Notes: generated from the letters alone by a model not told the origin. A stretch of 64,000 bases of DNA from Anolis carolinensis (GCF_035594765.1 NC_085841.1:28751636-28815635); one strand, 5' to 3'. Positions 1 through 12,246 are shown, counted from the first letter of the stretch. Numbers and translations: made by a program.

Positions 1-37
1 ACATGACTGGACTTAACGTCAGCAGAAACCTTTACCT
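1..37 (+). mobile_element. Sauria SINE, 3' end (cut by window edge)
   Basis: GACTGGACTTAACGTCAG..AAACCTTTACCT matches the 3' end and ACCTTT tail of the other Sauria copies in the window. Confidence 0.8.
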
Positions 38-1022
38 AATTGTCAAAGAGGGGAATCTGTGACTGCTTCAAGATTCAAAATAAATTGACTTGAGTAGGTA
101 AGAGGTGTCATTTGCTCCTTCATCTCAGGTAAGAAAATGCCAGGGACTGGCACCAGTGCCTGGAATAAGAAAGAGGACACCAACAAAACCAAGAAAGCTG
201 TTTTTTTTATAACATTGGTCAAGGGCCTACATGCTAGAGGACGTAGGAAGTGCCTAGAGGGGATACTTCTCTATGTGCTCCAAAGAAACATTATGGCCAG
301 TGTTTCTTTGGCAGCAGCACATCACAGAGTCACACTGATTGACCAAGGAAATGCATAGAGAGCACATGTTTGGTCATATGTCAGTAATTGAAACCATGGG
401 TACCAGTCCTATAACTATGGGAGTTGTACTGTGTAGCTCAACACTGACTGCTACAGAAGTTCAAAATGAAATTAGCAATAAAACTTAAAACAGTTAAAAC
501 AGCTTTTATGAAAAGAAAAAAAACAAGTAATAGACAATACAGTATATTATGCAAGGAACTTTCCCCTTAATCACTCAGTCTTCAAAGGCCTACCTGAGCC
601 AAGTTTCTATCTTTATTGGGGATGTTTCTGCATTTTCTTATCTCAAAAATCAGTAGAACAATGTATATGTTGAAGCAAACTGTACAGAAGAATTTGTACA
701 GTGTGGCAAATTGCATACAAACAAGTTGGTCTTGCAGAAAGTTGCATACTTCCCAACATTTCATAGATGAAAATCAGGGAACATGTGGCCAAGCAAAATA
801 AGAGTGTGGCCAAGGTAGCAAAATGTTAGAAATGAGGAAGAACCTACAAACTCGGAAAGGCTGAAGCAGTTTACTTTCACCCTAGCCTACTGAGAGGGAC
901 AAGATTCTGTTCTCTCCCCTCCTACTTGCCTAGTTAATTAAATGCAAACTCCTTTTGCACTTTGAATTCAGTTTCCAGCCATTGAAGTAAACTGAACACA
1001 AAGTGAAAAAGTATGAGGAGAA

Positions 1023-1508
1023 GGGGGCCGGGCTGTGGCGCAGGCTGGTTAGTAGCCAGCTGCAATAAATCACTATTACCAAGAGGTCATGAGTTCGAGG
1101 CTGCCCGTGGCGGAGTGAGCACCTGACCATTAAAATAAAAAAAATAGCCCTGCTCTTTGTTAACCTGAGCAACCCGAAAGATAGTTGCACATATCAAGTA
1201 GGAAATTTAGGTACCACTTATATGTGGGGAGGCTAATTTAACTAATTTATAACAACATAAAAATCGTCTAGCTGCCGTTTGGAATGAGAAAGTCGGTGTC
1301 ACAGTGGATAATGAAGCAGCTGCTCCCACTATGGCCAAAATCGAGCATCCCCTCAGGAAGCTGGAAGCTGGAGAAGGTTAAATTGCCTCTTTGTCTGTCT
1401 CTGTCTCTGTCTCTATGTCCATATGGCATTGAATGTTTGCCTTGTATGTGTACATTGTGATCCCCTCTGAGTCCCCTTCGGGGTGAGAAGGGCAGAATAT
1501 AAATACTG

Positions 1509-1539
<31 letters not shown>
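1023..1539 (+). mobile_element. tRNA-headed SINE with L2-type 3' tail (Anolis SINE2-like), full length
   Basis: A box TGGCGCAGGCTGG, B box GAGTTCGAGGC; tail CTGAGTCCCCTTCGGGGTGAGAAGGGC + (TAAA)n shared with L2 ends in this window. Confidence 0.85.
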
Positions 1540-1594
1540 GAGAGAACCTGGGACAATTTAAAAACATGGAAAGGGTGTTTTATCATATAACTAA

Positions 1595-1873
1595 GGAGCT
1601 GCAGTGGCGCAATGGGTTAAACCCTTGTACAGGCTGGACTGCTGACCAGAAGGTTGTGTTACTGACCTGAAGGTTGCTGGTTCGAATCCACGAGGTGGGG
1701 TGAGCTCCCTTGTGTCAGCTTTAGCTTGCGGGGACATAAGAGAAGCCTTCTAGCAGAATGGTAACACATCCAGGAGCCCCCTGGATGTGGGTAACGTCTC
1801 TGTAGACAGCCAATTCTCTCATACCAGAAGCAACTTGCAATATGTTCTCAAGTCACTTTTGATACGATAAAAA
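1595..1873 (+). mobile_element. tRNA-headed SINE with Vingi-like tail, full length
   Basis: A box TGGCGCAATGG, B box GGTTCGAATCC, A-tail; 11-bp TSD TCATATAACTA at 1583-1593 and 1875-1885; four further copies in window. Confidence 0.88.
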
Positions 1874-3414
1874 GTCATATAACTATGTGTTGTCTATATT
1901 TTTATGCTTTATATAGTCCTAGAAGAAGGAGATAGATAAACTGAAATGGGTTTTCTCTATAATCAAGCAGCCATCTATTGAGCACTTTGAGACATTTTTT
2001 TTTGCTGTGGGTTCCATTGGGTGTTCTGTATTTTAAATGCTTTTTAGACATCAGCCACAAAACTCTTGCTAGTTTAAGTCAATTGGTTGGCTCATGGCAA
2101 CCCTAAGGTGAACCTATCGCAGGGGGTTTCTTGGCAAGATTTCTTCAAAGGAGGGTATGACTTATAACTCAATTACTTATTTATATACAAATTACATTTC
2201 TATTCTTTTTCCTTAATGTCATGACCCAAGGCAGATTTTTAGCAGTTCCAAGTATCCATCCTTAAATATTCTGAGGAAGGAGCTAACACCTTTTAGTATC
2301 TGTCAGTGATTACATTTTCCCTTCATCATTTATCACTTCAGATCCCATGACCCTTGCCATAAGCCATATCTCCCTCTTTATATGGAACCTGTCTCTGAAA
2401 TGGCATGACAGCAAACCCAGTGGAAGTCTGGGAAGAGACAGCTATTTACAGCATAAGAACTGGGGGGAAGATAGTGCAGATGACCCCAAAATAGTCTGAT
2501 CCATCAAGACCCCAATCTCACAGATGCTACACTGGAATAATCCCATCAGCGGACATAGAGCTACTCTGAGAAAAGTGTCTGGGGATATTTAACTGTGAAA
2601 AGAAAGACAGAGATTTAGCATTGCTGCTTTATGTGCAGATAACATACTCTCTATTGGTTGTGGCAGTAAGAGATCATCAAACAAGAAACAGATACATTGC
2701 CAAATTCTTTGGTGTTTGGTCATCTGTTAAAATCTATGATTCATTTGGGCTGATATGTCTCACTAGGTCTCTACACCTTTCATTCTGTTTAATTCATATG
2801 CTCATGGATGGCTTCAGAAGTTTTCTGCAAGTGTGTGTGTTTTAAAATTAAACTCTTGCCAAAATGTACGTTCACTTTTACAGGGAAATAACAATGTTAA
2901 TGCTAATGGCTAGGGATAATTTAGTTGTAACTAATAATAATTTTCTCCCTAAAGATAGAGCTTAAGCAATCCAAAAGGAGGTGAAACAAATAGCAGGATG
3001 ACTTTATCAGTAAAAGAAAAACTATGTATCATTTTGGCAGACACCATGCTTGTGTCTATATATGCATCAGATAAATAAAAAACAGTGGCAGGAGATATGT
3101 GAAGACTATCTAAAACACAAAATCTCACTATAAGTGCATGTCCAATTTTTTTATCCTTGGGAAAGATCTTTCAGCCCTACCATTTGTAACATTTGTGAGG
3201 ACACAGGAAAGAGACTTCTCGGTGGCTCTCCCAGATTTTTGAACTCTCTCCCAGCCTCTCCCTTTTCTCCTTCTAACAGGTAAAACCATTTTATTTGAAC
3301 ATTTGGTGGTGGATATGCAAAAGATATTTTGATAATATGATTCTGTTTCACTCTTATTGTGGTTGTCATGCTTTTAAATTATTTTATATTTTTAAAGTAT
3401 TGGTTTAACATAGT

Positions 3415-3715
3415 AGGTAAAGGCAAAGGTTTTCCCCTGACATTAAGTCTAGTTGTATACAACTCTGGAGGTTGATGCTCATCTCCATTTTTAAGCTGAA
3501 GAGCCGGCATTGTCCATAGACACCTCCAAGGTCATGTGGCTGGCATGACTGCATGGAACGCTGTTACCTTCCCGCCGGACTGGTACCTATTGATCTACTC
3601 ACATTTGCATATTTTGAACTGCTAGGCTGGCAGAAGCTGGGGTTAACAGCAGTAGCTCACACCGCTCCCCAGATTCGAACCGCTGACCTTTCGGTCAGCA
3701 AGTTCAGCAGCTCAG
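3415..3715 (-). mobile_element. Sauria SINE, near full length
   Basis: AGGTAAAGG tail on +, conserved body, tRNA-like B box on minus strand. Confidence 0.92.
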
Positions 3716-4222
3716 AAAACCCAAATTGCATATGTAATCTTAGGAGGGACAGGTTCAGCCCTCAAGAATGTCCAGAGAATTAGGATATAGGGTGACCCAC
3801 AGATCCTCCATGGCTGCCTATCACTAGTGGAAAGCTTTGTGAGGCATGTACTGGCTATAATAGTCCCATTTCCACAGGGCAGAGAGTCCAGAGAAAGAAA
3901 ACTGGAATCAAAGCAGGGTTGTGGAGTTGGCTTCTCACATTCAGTAAAATTGGCAAATATGGCCCTAATTAGATATGGCAACATTTATGGTTCCCGAGGT
4001 TATGGTGTATGCCAAAGAACATTTCCTGCAGGAAACTACGGCATCAGCTGTCCTAAGGCAGAATGCTTTTGTCTTGATTAGACTTTCCAAGACTGGCCAC
4101 CACTCTACTAATACCCACTTTTGGCTCAGATCCTGCACGGGATAGTGAATTGTAGAGTTCTACCTACATGAAAAGTATGCTTTTCTTCGCCTCTTCCTTG
4201 CTACAGGACTCACTTTCTGCCA

Positions 4223-4571
4223 TCAGGAACTGGACACAATGCAGAACAGAGTGGTATTATTACTTCCCTGGATCTATACTCCTACTAATGTAATCTAGAA
4301 TAGGCACTGGCTCTTTTAGCTGCCACATAACACTGCTGACTCTTGTTCAGCTTGTGGTCTACTAAGACCCCTAGATCCCTTTCACACATGCTATTGTTAA
4401 GCCAGGTGTTGCCCATCTTATATTATGCATTTCATCTTTTTCTACCTACCTAAATATAATAGCTTACATTTCTCCTTGTTAAAATTCATTTTGTTAGGTT
4501 TGGCCCAGCTCTCGAATCAATTAAAGTCATATTGGATTTGGATTCTGCCCTCTGGGATATTAGCTATCCTC
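4223..4571 (-). mobile_element. Degenerate CR1 LINE ORF2 (RT C-terminal) fragment
   Basis: Minus strand reads like CR1 RT motifs (MNFNKEKCK, DLGVLVDHKLNKSQQC, VSSS/VQFW region) with frameshifts. Confidence 0.75.
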
Positions 4572-5106
4572 ACCTATTTATTTATTTTTAAACAGTTGAG
4601 TGTAGCCACATGCATGTAGCAATCTTTCCTTCTCCACTGCAAAAATATTATACTAATAAAACATATTACCAGATTTTAATCTCGTAAAACATTCTGAATG
4701 ATATTGCAACAACATGTCTCAATCAGTTGAGCAAGGTAGCAGTCTGCTTCAAGAGGAAAGGCTCCCCCACATTCGAAGGTGGTGTAATAAAACTTAACAC
4801 AAATCATTAATTTCCCTGTTACTCCATGCATCTTATAAGAAATAGATTGGAAAACCATACAGAAATGTCAACGCTTCCATGTTTGTCAAAAAGGCCTTTT
4901 TTTTTCAAAGCATTTACCATTATACTGATGTCTTTACCTTTTACCTGATGTCTTTTTATTTGGGAAAAACCCTGTTATTTCTTAACATTCTGGAGAAGAA
5001 GATGTCTATATTGCAAAAAGGCTGAATTTGTATCTTTTAACATCTGATTAGCTAATAATTGGCTAAGTATGGTATGACCAGGAATTCTTTTTACACAGGG
5101 TCCAAT

Positions 5107-5339
5107 CCATAATACCCTAAAGACACCAGATTCTGTCTGATGTTGCAAACTAAGCAAGGTCAACCCTGGTTAGTACTTTGGTTGGAGACCTCCAATGAGT
5201 ACCAGGTGCATTGACTAATGACTATATTTCAAATGAAGGAACTTACAAAAGTACCTGAGTATTCCTCGCCTAAGAAAACCCTATGAAATTCATTAGGTTA
5301 CCACCATATATCAAAAGGAGACTTGAAGGCACACACACA
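5107..5339 (+). mobile_element. 5S rRNA-headed SINE with RTE/Bov-B-type tail (5S-Sauria-like)
   Basis: 5107-5209 resembles vertebrate 5S rRNA (CTAAGCAAGGTCAACCCTGGTTAGTACTT..GGAGACC); ends GACTTGAAGGCACACA like the CORE-SINE tails here. Confidence 0.8.
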
Positions 5340-5995
5340 TGTAAGCATGTGCACTACCCAAGGAAGATAACAAATAGCTATCTGCATCCAATCTTTATTC
5401 GTGGCACCCCAACACAAACACACATTTGAGAAATTCAAATTGTTAAGCAAAGAACCTAAAATAATAATATACACACATAATTGTGTACCACAAGTACAAA
5501 ACCAAGAAAATGGCCAAATGCATATGACTGGCATCCGACTAGTAACATATGCATGCTTATTCCAAGCTACACCTACATTTCTCTTATTTATTTTAATCAT
5601 TGTGGACTTCAGTTGCCATTGGCCCTATCATGTTCTGTCCGTCTGGTTAAGGGGTGATGGGAGTTGAAATTCACCCCATGTGGAAGGTGCCAAGTTACAG
5701 GACGCTGTCTTACAATTTTCTCCTCACCCCAATGTTCTGTGTTCTGATTCTGCACTTGTCCACTTACTTATCAATACATTGGTAGAAATCAAATTGGGCA
5801 CCAAGACATCATGATTTTGAAAAAGCCAAACTTTCTTGATGGCACAAGATTGAAGAAGTTCAGTGCAAGGCAAAAAGTATCTCAAATGGGAAGGATTACA
5901 TAGGAAATCCTGGAAGCACTCTGAGGCCTAGATGGTGAATACATATATCTCAGAGCACTAGTGCTTTCTTTTATTCACTTTGTGGGAGTTTGTGA

Positions 5996-6497
5996 GGCCG
6001 GGCTTAGCTCAGCAGGCTAAACTGCTAAGCTGCAGAAAATCCTACCAATCGAAATATCAGCAGTTCAAGCCTGGGTCGGGGTGAGCACCTGCCATCAGTC
6101 CCAGCTCCCTGCCCACCTAGCAGATTAAAAGCAGAAATGTAAGTAGATAAATAGGTACCACTTTAAAAGCAGGGAGGTTATAAAAGGCACCCATAAGGAA
6201 ATTCGACCCAGAGGACGTCTAAGGACAATAAAGCTCCTCAGCATGGAAGATGGAGCGACAGCATCCCACACAGACACACACACACATACACACCCGTGGC
6301 CGGAGTTGAGCACAGCCTCCACATGCTGGAAATTGAAAAGACTGGGAAAGCCTTTACCTCTGTCTATGTATTGTCTGTCCTTGTTAACTGTATAATGGCA
6401 TTGAATGTTTGCCATACAGATGTTCTGTAATCTGCCCTGAGTCCCCTGGGGGAGATAGAGCGAAATAGAGTGAAATATCAATATTATTATTATTATT
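5996..6497 (+). mobile_element. Chimeric SINE: Sauria-like body plus appended L2-type tail
   Basis: Sauria-like blocks (CCTAGCAG, GTAGATAAATAGGTACC), internal CCTTTACCT at 6351-6359, then GGCATTGAATGTTTGCC..CCCTGAGTCCCC and (ATT)n. Confidence 0.8.
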
Positions 6498-6608
6498 TGT
6501 TGTCTGGAAGCTAGCTTTGAACTGCATTAAATCATCAGTATAGATGGGGCCTAAGTGGTTATGTACAAAATGATATTTTTAAAATATATGTTGAATAAAC
6601 TTCATATA

Positions 6609-7015
6609 CAGGCAGTGCCCAACTTACAACAGACTCATAGTTAAGAGTGGGGTGTGACAACAGAAAATGAGAGAAATCTACTCCTAGGAAGGGAAATTGA
6701 CTCCTGAAAGAGTTATCATGGGGAAAGCTGTCTCAGCTAAAGCTTTGTCACCAATCCTTGTTTCCACAACAAGCAAACATTTTCAAAATTCATTTATCAC
6801 AGAGACAGAAAGGGAGGTGAAATCTTCTGAACAGGGGCAAAAACAGCAAAACAAACTCCACAGGGGCATTAACCCTTCCCTATGCTATCCAAAGCTAATA
6901 TATTTGGCTGAAATTAAACTTTAAAAATGTACCTGTTTGATCTTGCATACAAATTCAACTTAAGAACAGGCTTATAGAACTTATCTTGTTCCTATTATAA
7001 CTTAGAGACTGCCTG
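6609..7015. mobile_element. Tigger/pogo-like non-autonomous DNA transposon
   Basis: TIRs CAGGCAGT.../...ACTGCCTG, TA on both sides (6607-6608, 7016-7017). Confidence 0.82.
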
Positions 7016-7680
7016 TAGTGTAATTTGCTTCCTAAACGTTTCCATTGTGAAGATGAATAGATGTGCAAGGATTATTTCTCTCTCTTGGCTATTTTCCCAG
7101 TAAGATGTAAAAGCTCTGGTTTTGCAAAAATCACGGGAAATTATGTGTTGTGTGCCAAAATGAATGGGGCTGATGTGGCAATGATATCTAAGCTATTCCA
7201 TTTCTATTGAGCCAGAAAACATCATCAAATATTCTATGTGGATTTATAAATGAATGGTAGGAAGATCCACAAAAGGAAGATAACTTCCAGGTCATTGCTG
7301 ATTTTGGATCTTTATGTGAAATTATGGAAAAATATATGAAATGTTTCAGCTGTAAAAATCCCTGAAGCACTCCCATTCAAACAAGTTTTGAATGTATACC
7401 ATTAAATTTTTCATGAGACAATAAATCAAAGGATGTGGGGGGATTGTTTGAAGATTTTATTGCTGTATTCTTGCTTTTAACTTACAGATGATTACAAAAT
7501 ATGCATGTTCATTAAAATATATTACATTTCAGTTGGATCTGATCTCAAAAACAACATTGAAAGCCGCTCCTTTCTGCCTTTGTAGATGCTATTTCATTTT
7601 TTCCCAAAAGCCTATTTTTTATTTATACCTGATTTAATGGTGTTCATATTTTTACAAGCAAATCTGAGTATTGCATGCAT

Positions 7681-7730
7681 GTGTGTGTGCGAGAGAGAGA
7701 GAGAGAGCGCGCGGGGGGGGGGGGGGGGAG
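7681..7730. repeat. Compound microsatellite (GT)n(GA)n(GC)n(G)n
   Basis: Directly visible. Confidence 0.9.
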
Positions 7731-8308
7731 AATGAGAACAGAGAGAAAGCTATTTATAGTTTCCCATAGCACAATCACCTCTCAATCTCAAGAAATAAAT
7801 CTAAAATACTGGAATGAGTCAAACTGTCTGTGGCTTATTTAAAATGAGGACTGAGAGTCTTAATCACAAGATATGGCCATTAAAATATGTCTTGTAGATA
7901 TATCTCCCACTGCTTGCTCCTCAAAGTCTACATTTGTGCCAGGTACAAATACACCGCAAAATGGACATTTCCACGTTGCTGGAGAGCAAGAGAATGAGTA
8001 ATGATGAACCAAACCCCATTCCTGTAGTTGAGTAAATCATTTCTCACTTCCTTTTTCAACAGGAACTCAGAAAGAGTTGTGTTGGGAGGCTGCATGGCCT
8101 GCAAGGAAGGTTTTGGGGACTATTGCTGACCATGACAGTGGAACAACTGTAAAAAAGAATTGCAGTGTCTTAAATGAGACTTACAAAATTGTAATAGCTG
8201 AGAAGGCTACCAGCCAGTATGTTGAACATTTCCGTGTTAAAATCACAACTGAATGCATTTAGAATTAAATAAAAAGTGCGGAACTGACACTGTATCGACA
8301 TCGTAGAA

Positions 8309-8744
8309 CAGGCAGGAGCAAACTAAATCCCGGGGGCGGATGCGGCCCCCTGGGTGCTTATCTCAGGCCCTCTCATTTTCCCTGTCCCCTCGGCATAAGG
8401 ACATGGTAATCTGACACATCCTTATACAGAAAGGACAGAGGAGGAAGGCACACAGTGGCTGAGAGCCCTCCAGAGTGCTCTCGGCCATCACCTGTCTCAC
8501 CCTCCTCCCAGCATAATCCTGAGAAGACAACCTAAAGATCAGGGGGGGGGGATTGGGCAGTCGCCACATGTCTCATATTTCTCCTGGCATAAGGACGGAA
8601 CGAGCCCTGCCCTGCCATCTCCCATCCCCACCCTCTTACAGGCCCTCCCCCTCCCAGGACCATCCGGCTGCCCTACCTTCTGGTCCAGCCCTTTCCGTTG
8701 GACCCACAATGCAACCCCAAGGCAAAAAAGTGTGCCCATGCCTG
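8309..8744. mobile_element. hAT-type non-autonomous element nested in a Harbinger-like MITE
   Basis: 16-bp imperfect TIRs CAGGCAGGAGCAAACT / AGTGTGCCCATGCCTG; 8-bp TSD TCGTAGAA (8301-8308) / CTGTAGAA (8745-8752). Confidence 0.8.
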
Positions 8745-8951
8745 CTGTAGAATTAATGGAGTTTGACAGCATTTGAACTGCCATGGCTCAAATCTACTAT
8801 AGTTTGAGCTATAGTTTAACAAGACATTTAGCCTTTTCTTCCAAAGAGCATTGCTGCCTCATCAGGTTTAAGCTCCCAGGATTCCAAAACTTTGAGCCGT
8901 GGCAGTTAAAGTGCTGTCAAACTACGTCAATTCAACAATGTAGAAACACCC
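8745..8951. mobile_element. Palindromic Harbinger-like MITE (left end at about 8291-8308, split by the hAT element)
   Basis: Fold-back arms CTGTAGAATTAATG..TTTGACA..AACTGCCATGGCTCAA; related copies at about 28617-28810, 55572-55710, 60027-60185. Confidence 0.7.
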
Positions 8952-9194
8952 TATGATTCTATAACAGCCTTTCTTTCTTTCTTACAAGAAGATTGTGAAC
9001 TATCAAAACCTCAGTAGGACTTGTAAAGCAAAGCAACATAACGTGTAATATTTATTTCTAGAAATTGATGTATTTGGATAATCAATATAAACTATATAAA
9101 TATTCTCCACCCTAGTATTTGTACCAACACACAGTTATGCAATAAGGAAGATGACTAGGGCTGTGCAAAAAAATCATTTGTGATCATAAGCTGT

Positions 9195-9591
9195 AGCGAT
9201 AGATTGTCACCTTGACGTGGTGAGGGGGCTTACGTGTTCCAATGAACCTGAGGGCACAACCACTGGAGTCACACACTCCCAGGAGTGTCCACAAGGGAGG
9301 ATCCAGACCAAGCACAATCCGAAGACCCGAAGACCTCAACGGCGGAGCAGGCAGAGGATAACATGGTACATGTTACAACGGCTGTGAAGGCAGAAGAAGG
9401 CTGCAACAGACTGAGAAGCCACTCTCATTGTGTTAATCACACCACTGCTGGGACGTCAATCTGTGAAGACTTTGTGTTGATTGGCCGTGCACCGACCTCC
9501 ACACATTAAAAAAAAAATCACGCACAGGCGTCTTCCAAGAAATGGAGGACCATCATCCTCGAACTACGAGGGATCGCCTAAGGAAGGTAAG
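9195..9591 (+). mobile_element. Non-coding RTE-derived (bipartite) retroposon
   Basis: Starts with RTE 5'-UTR-like CACCTTGACGTGGTGAGGGGGCTTACGTGTTCCAATGAA; ends GGATCGCCTAAGGAAGGTAAGG; no RT motifs. Confidence 0.6.
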
Positions 9592-10090
9592 GACAGCTGA
9601 CTAATCACCAGCAGCAATAGATCATTGCCAACCGGAAGGTGGCAAGTTCAAAGCCCGAGTCAGATTGATCACATGACTGCCAATATCCTAGCTTACTGTC
9701 CACCTAAGCAGTTCGAAAAGAGCTGCAGCTGTGAGTAGATAAATTAGAGACTGCTTAAGCGGGGAGTTTAATTTAATTTATGACACCATAAAACTGCCGG
9801 CATTCAAAGAGCGAGGAGGAAATACTATGATCAAAAAGGACTCTGCGTCATAGTGGATGAAGCAACAGCTCTCACTCTTGGCCGGAATCGAGCATAACCT
9901 CCAGAAGCCGAAGTTGGAAAATGTTGAATTACCTCTGTCTTTCTGTATATATTGTATGTCTAAAACTGGCATTGAATGTTTGCTGTGTATATGTGCATTG
10001 TGATCCACCCTGTGTCTCCTTCAGCGTGAGAAGGGTGGAATATAAATACTGTAAGTAAGTAAGTAAGTAAGTAAATAAATAAATAAATAA
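9592..10090 (+). mobile_element. SINE with L2-type tail (Anolis SINE2-like)
   Basis: Homologous to 1023-1539; (TAAG)n(TAAA)n tail. Confidence 0.82.
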
Positions 10091-11898
10091 GATTCTTTAA
10101 ATATGTATTTACAATTCTAGAGGAGAGAAGGGGTACGCAACTGGAGGAGTGGACAGAAGGATGCCCCGCCGGAGGAGATTGCATAAGAGAAGGCGGAGAA
10201 GGAGGAGGAAAGGGCTTGCCTTGCCGTTTGGTGGTAGTGAATTTGCCATGTTTTAGACCTCCTTTGGCTATTTTAAGCTGAAGAGAGACCATTTTTCCAC
10301 CAAAAAAATCTTTTTTAAAAAAAGAGGAGTCTTCAACTTAAAAGAGCTGGAAGGTGGAGCAAATAATTCCATATTATAAGACAGGGCAGACTATACAACA
10401 TGACCCCTGAAACTGTGGGACTAGTCTAGCAGTTTCACTTACCCACATCTGGAAAAAAACATGTTTTCTCTAGATATTTTCTAGGTCCTCCATCATGATT
10501 CTATGTTGTGATTCTGCTGGTTCATTTCAACAGGATTTACTATTATCCACAGTTTTGCATTTCCACAGTAAGTCCAGAAACGAATTCCCATGGGTTCATG
10601 GGGTTTTACTGTATTATAAGATTTGGCAGGCCGATATTAAACATAGATCCTTATCCTCCACCACCATCGTACAGGAATCTGTTTCTGACCAGATTCAATA
10701 ACCTCAGTGTTCAGGTCCAATGTGAAATAGATCCTGATCAGGCCCCTTTTGGCTCTGAGAAGGATATCAAGAACCTGACAAATCTAAGCAAAGTAACAGT
10801 GATACCTTCGTGAAATATCACTTCCATTTTATGGAAGTCCCCATGCTCTGCCTAATATGCTTGGCAGAATCATGTAATTTGGTAGCAAAGATTTTATTTT
10901 CTCAAATTATCTATATTTTTCTTAAATGTATTGAAAAAATACTTTATTTTTAAAGAAGAAATACACATCCAGGGCAGAGTTTGAATCATTTCACAAGGCC
11001 ATGAAGACTGAAAGCCAGATAGCATCAGTAAACCCATATATAGTTATTGTAAACATTTGTACAAGATGCAGCAACTGTTTCCAGACAAATCTCATTAGTC
11101 ACAGTGTGCACTGAACCAATTTTACATAAAATTGTGAAGCACTGCAAGAGAAAAGGAAAGAATATATCCAAGATTTTAACGTAATGAGCCATCTGTTGTG
11201 GTGTATTTCCATTCCAGCAGAGTCGATTGGCATCCATTAAAACATCACAAAGGAGAGAGATTAGAAGAAGCTGTTTGGAAAAACCGTTCAACCACAGTTA
11301 AATGCAAACAGATAGCCAAGCACAGTCTTCTAAATATTCTTCTGTTCCTATTCTAATAGGGCATAATTGATTTAAATTACTGAAATGAAATAATCATCTG
11401 TCTCATTTTCAGATTAATTCCAACATCCACATGTTCCTTTTATTTGAAGAGATTGCAAGAGACATTTTATACCTCTGCTGAGCAAAGGCAGAAAATAGCG
11501 TAGACACACAGTTTGTGAGACAACATAGCCATTTACTATCTCAAAATATATACATCTATCTTTTATCTGACAAATAGGAGATGTCACACTTCAATAGCAG
11601 CAAAGAAAATTTGAACATAAAGTTTGAACTAAGCTTTACGTTCAAATAAGGAAATTATTTGAAAAGGCTTAACCTGGGAAATTTCATAAAGTGTTCCAAT
11701 GAAACAGGCTGGGAGACATTTATTTTACAAATACAAATAATCTGTTGATGAGCTTTTTTGTAAGGGAAGTGCCCACGAGTAAAGATGCAGAAAAGGAAAG
11801 AGGTTATGTGATAAGTCCAAGGCAAAGATGCAGCTGTCCTGTTGTAACTATGATTTTCTTACAGCGTTTAATAAACTCCACCAAATAAACTCAGTTCT

Positions 11899-12180
11899 AT
11901 GTGGCTTTGGGACCAATCCTTTGACAATAATGGGAGCAGTGCAATAAGTGACCACGAATTAATGTGATTGACAAATGGAATGGCCCTGGATTATAATTTA
12001 GATTGTGTGATTTTAATTGATGTTTTAATCATTGATGTCTTAACTGCTTGAATTTTAGTTGTATTTGTGCATGTATATGTGTATGGCATCGAATTGCTGC
12101 CTGTTGTAAGGCTGCCCTGAGTCCCCTTCGGGATGAGAAGGTCAGGGTACAAATTTGATAAATAAATAATGAATAAATTC
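11899..12180 (+). mobile_element. L2 LINE 3' end
   Basis: TGGCTTTGGGACCAA..CAGTGCAATAAG shared with the 32790-33596 copy; GCCCTGAGTCCCCTTCGGG..(TAAA)n tail. Confidence 0.78.
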
Positions 12181-12246
12181 ATTTTTAAAATGCAGTCCTT
12201 TCCTCAAAAGAAGAATAATGTGTACTGCTCCCTTTCATTATGGGGA

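Noticed and set aside
1600-1700. tRNA genes (A/B boxes here and at other SINE heads)
   Set aside because: No cloverleaf; each continues into a repeated SINE body.
2380-2592. Possible processed-pseudogene fragment
   Set aside because: The translation I tried has stops and resembles nothing I recognise.
5107-5209. Functional 5S rRNA gene
   Set aside because: Heavily diverged, CpG-decayed and fused to a retroposon tail.
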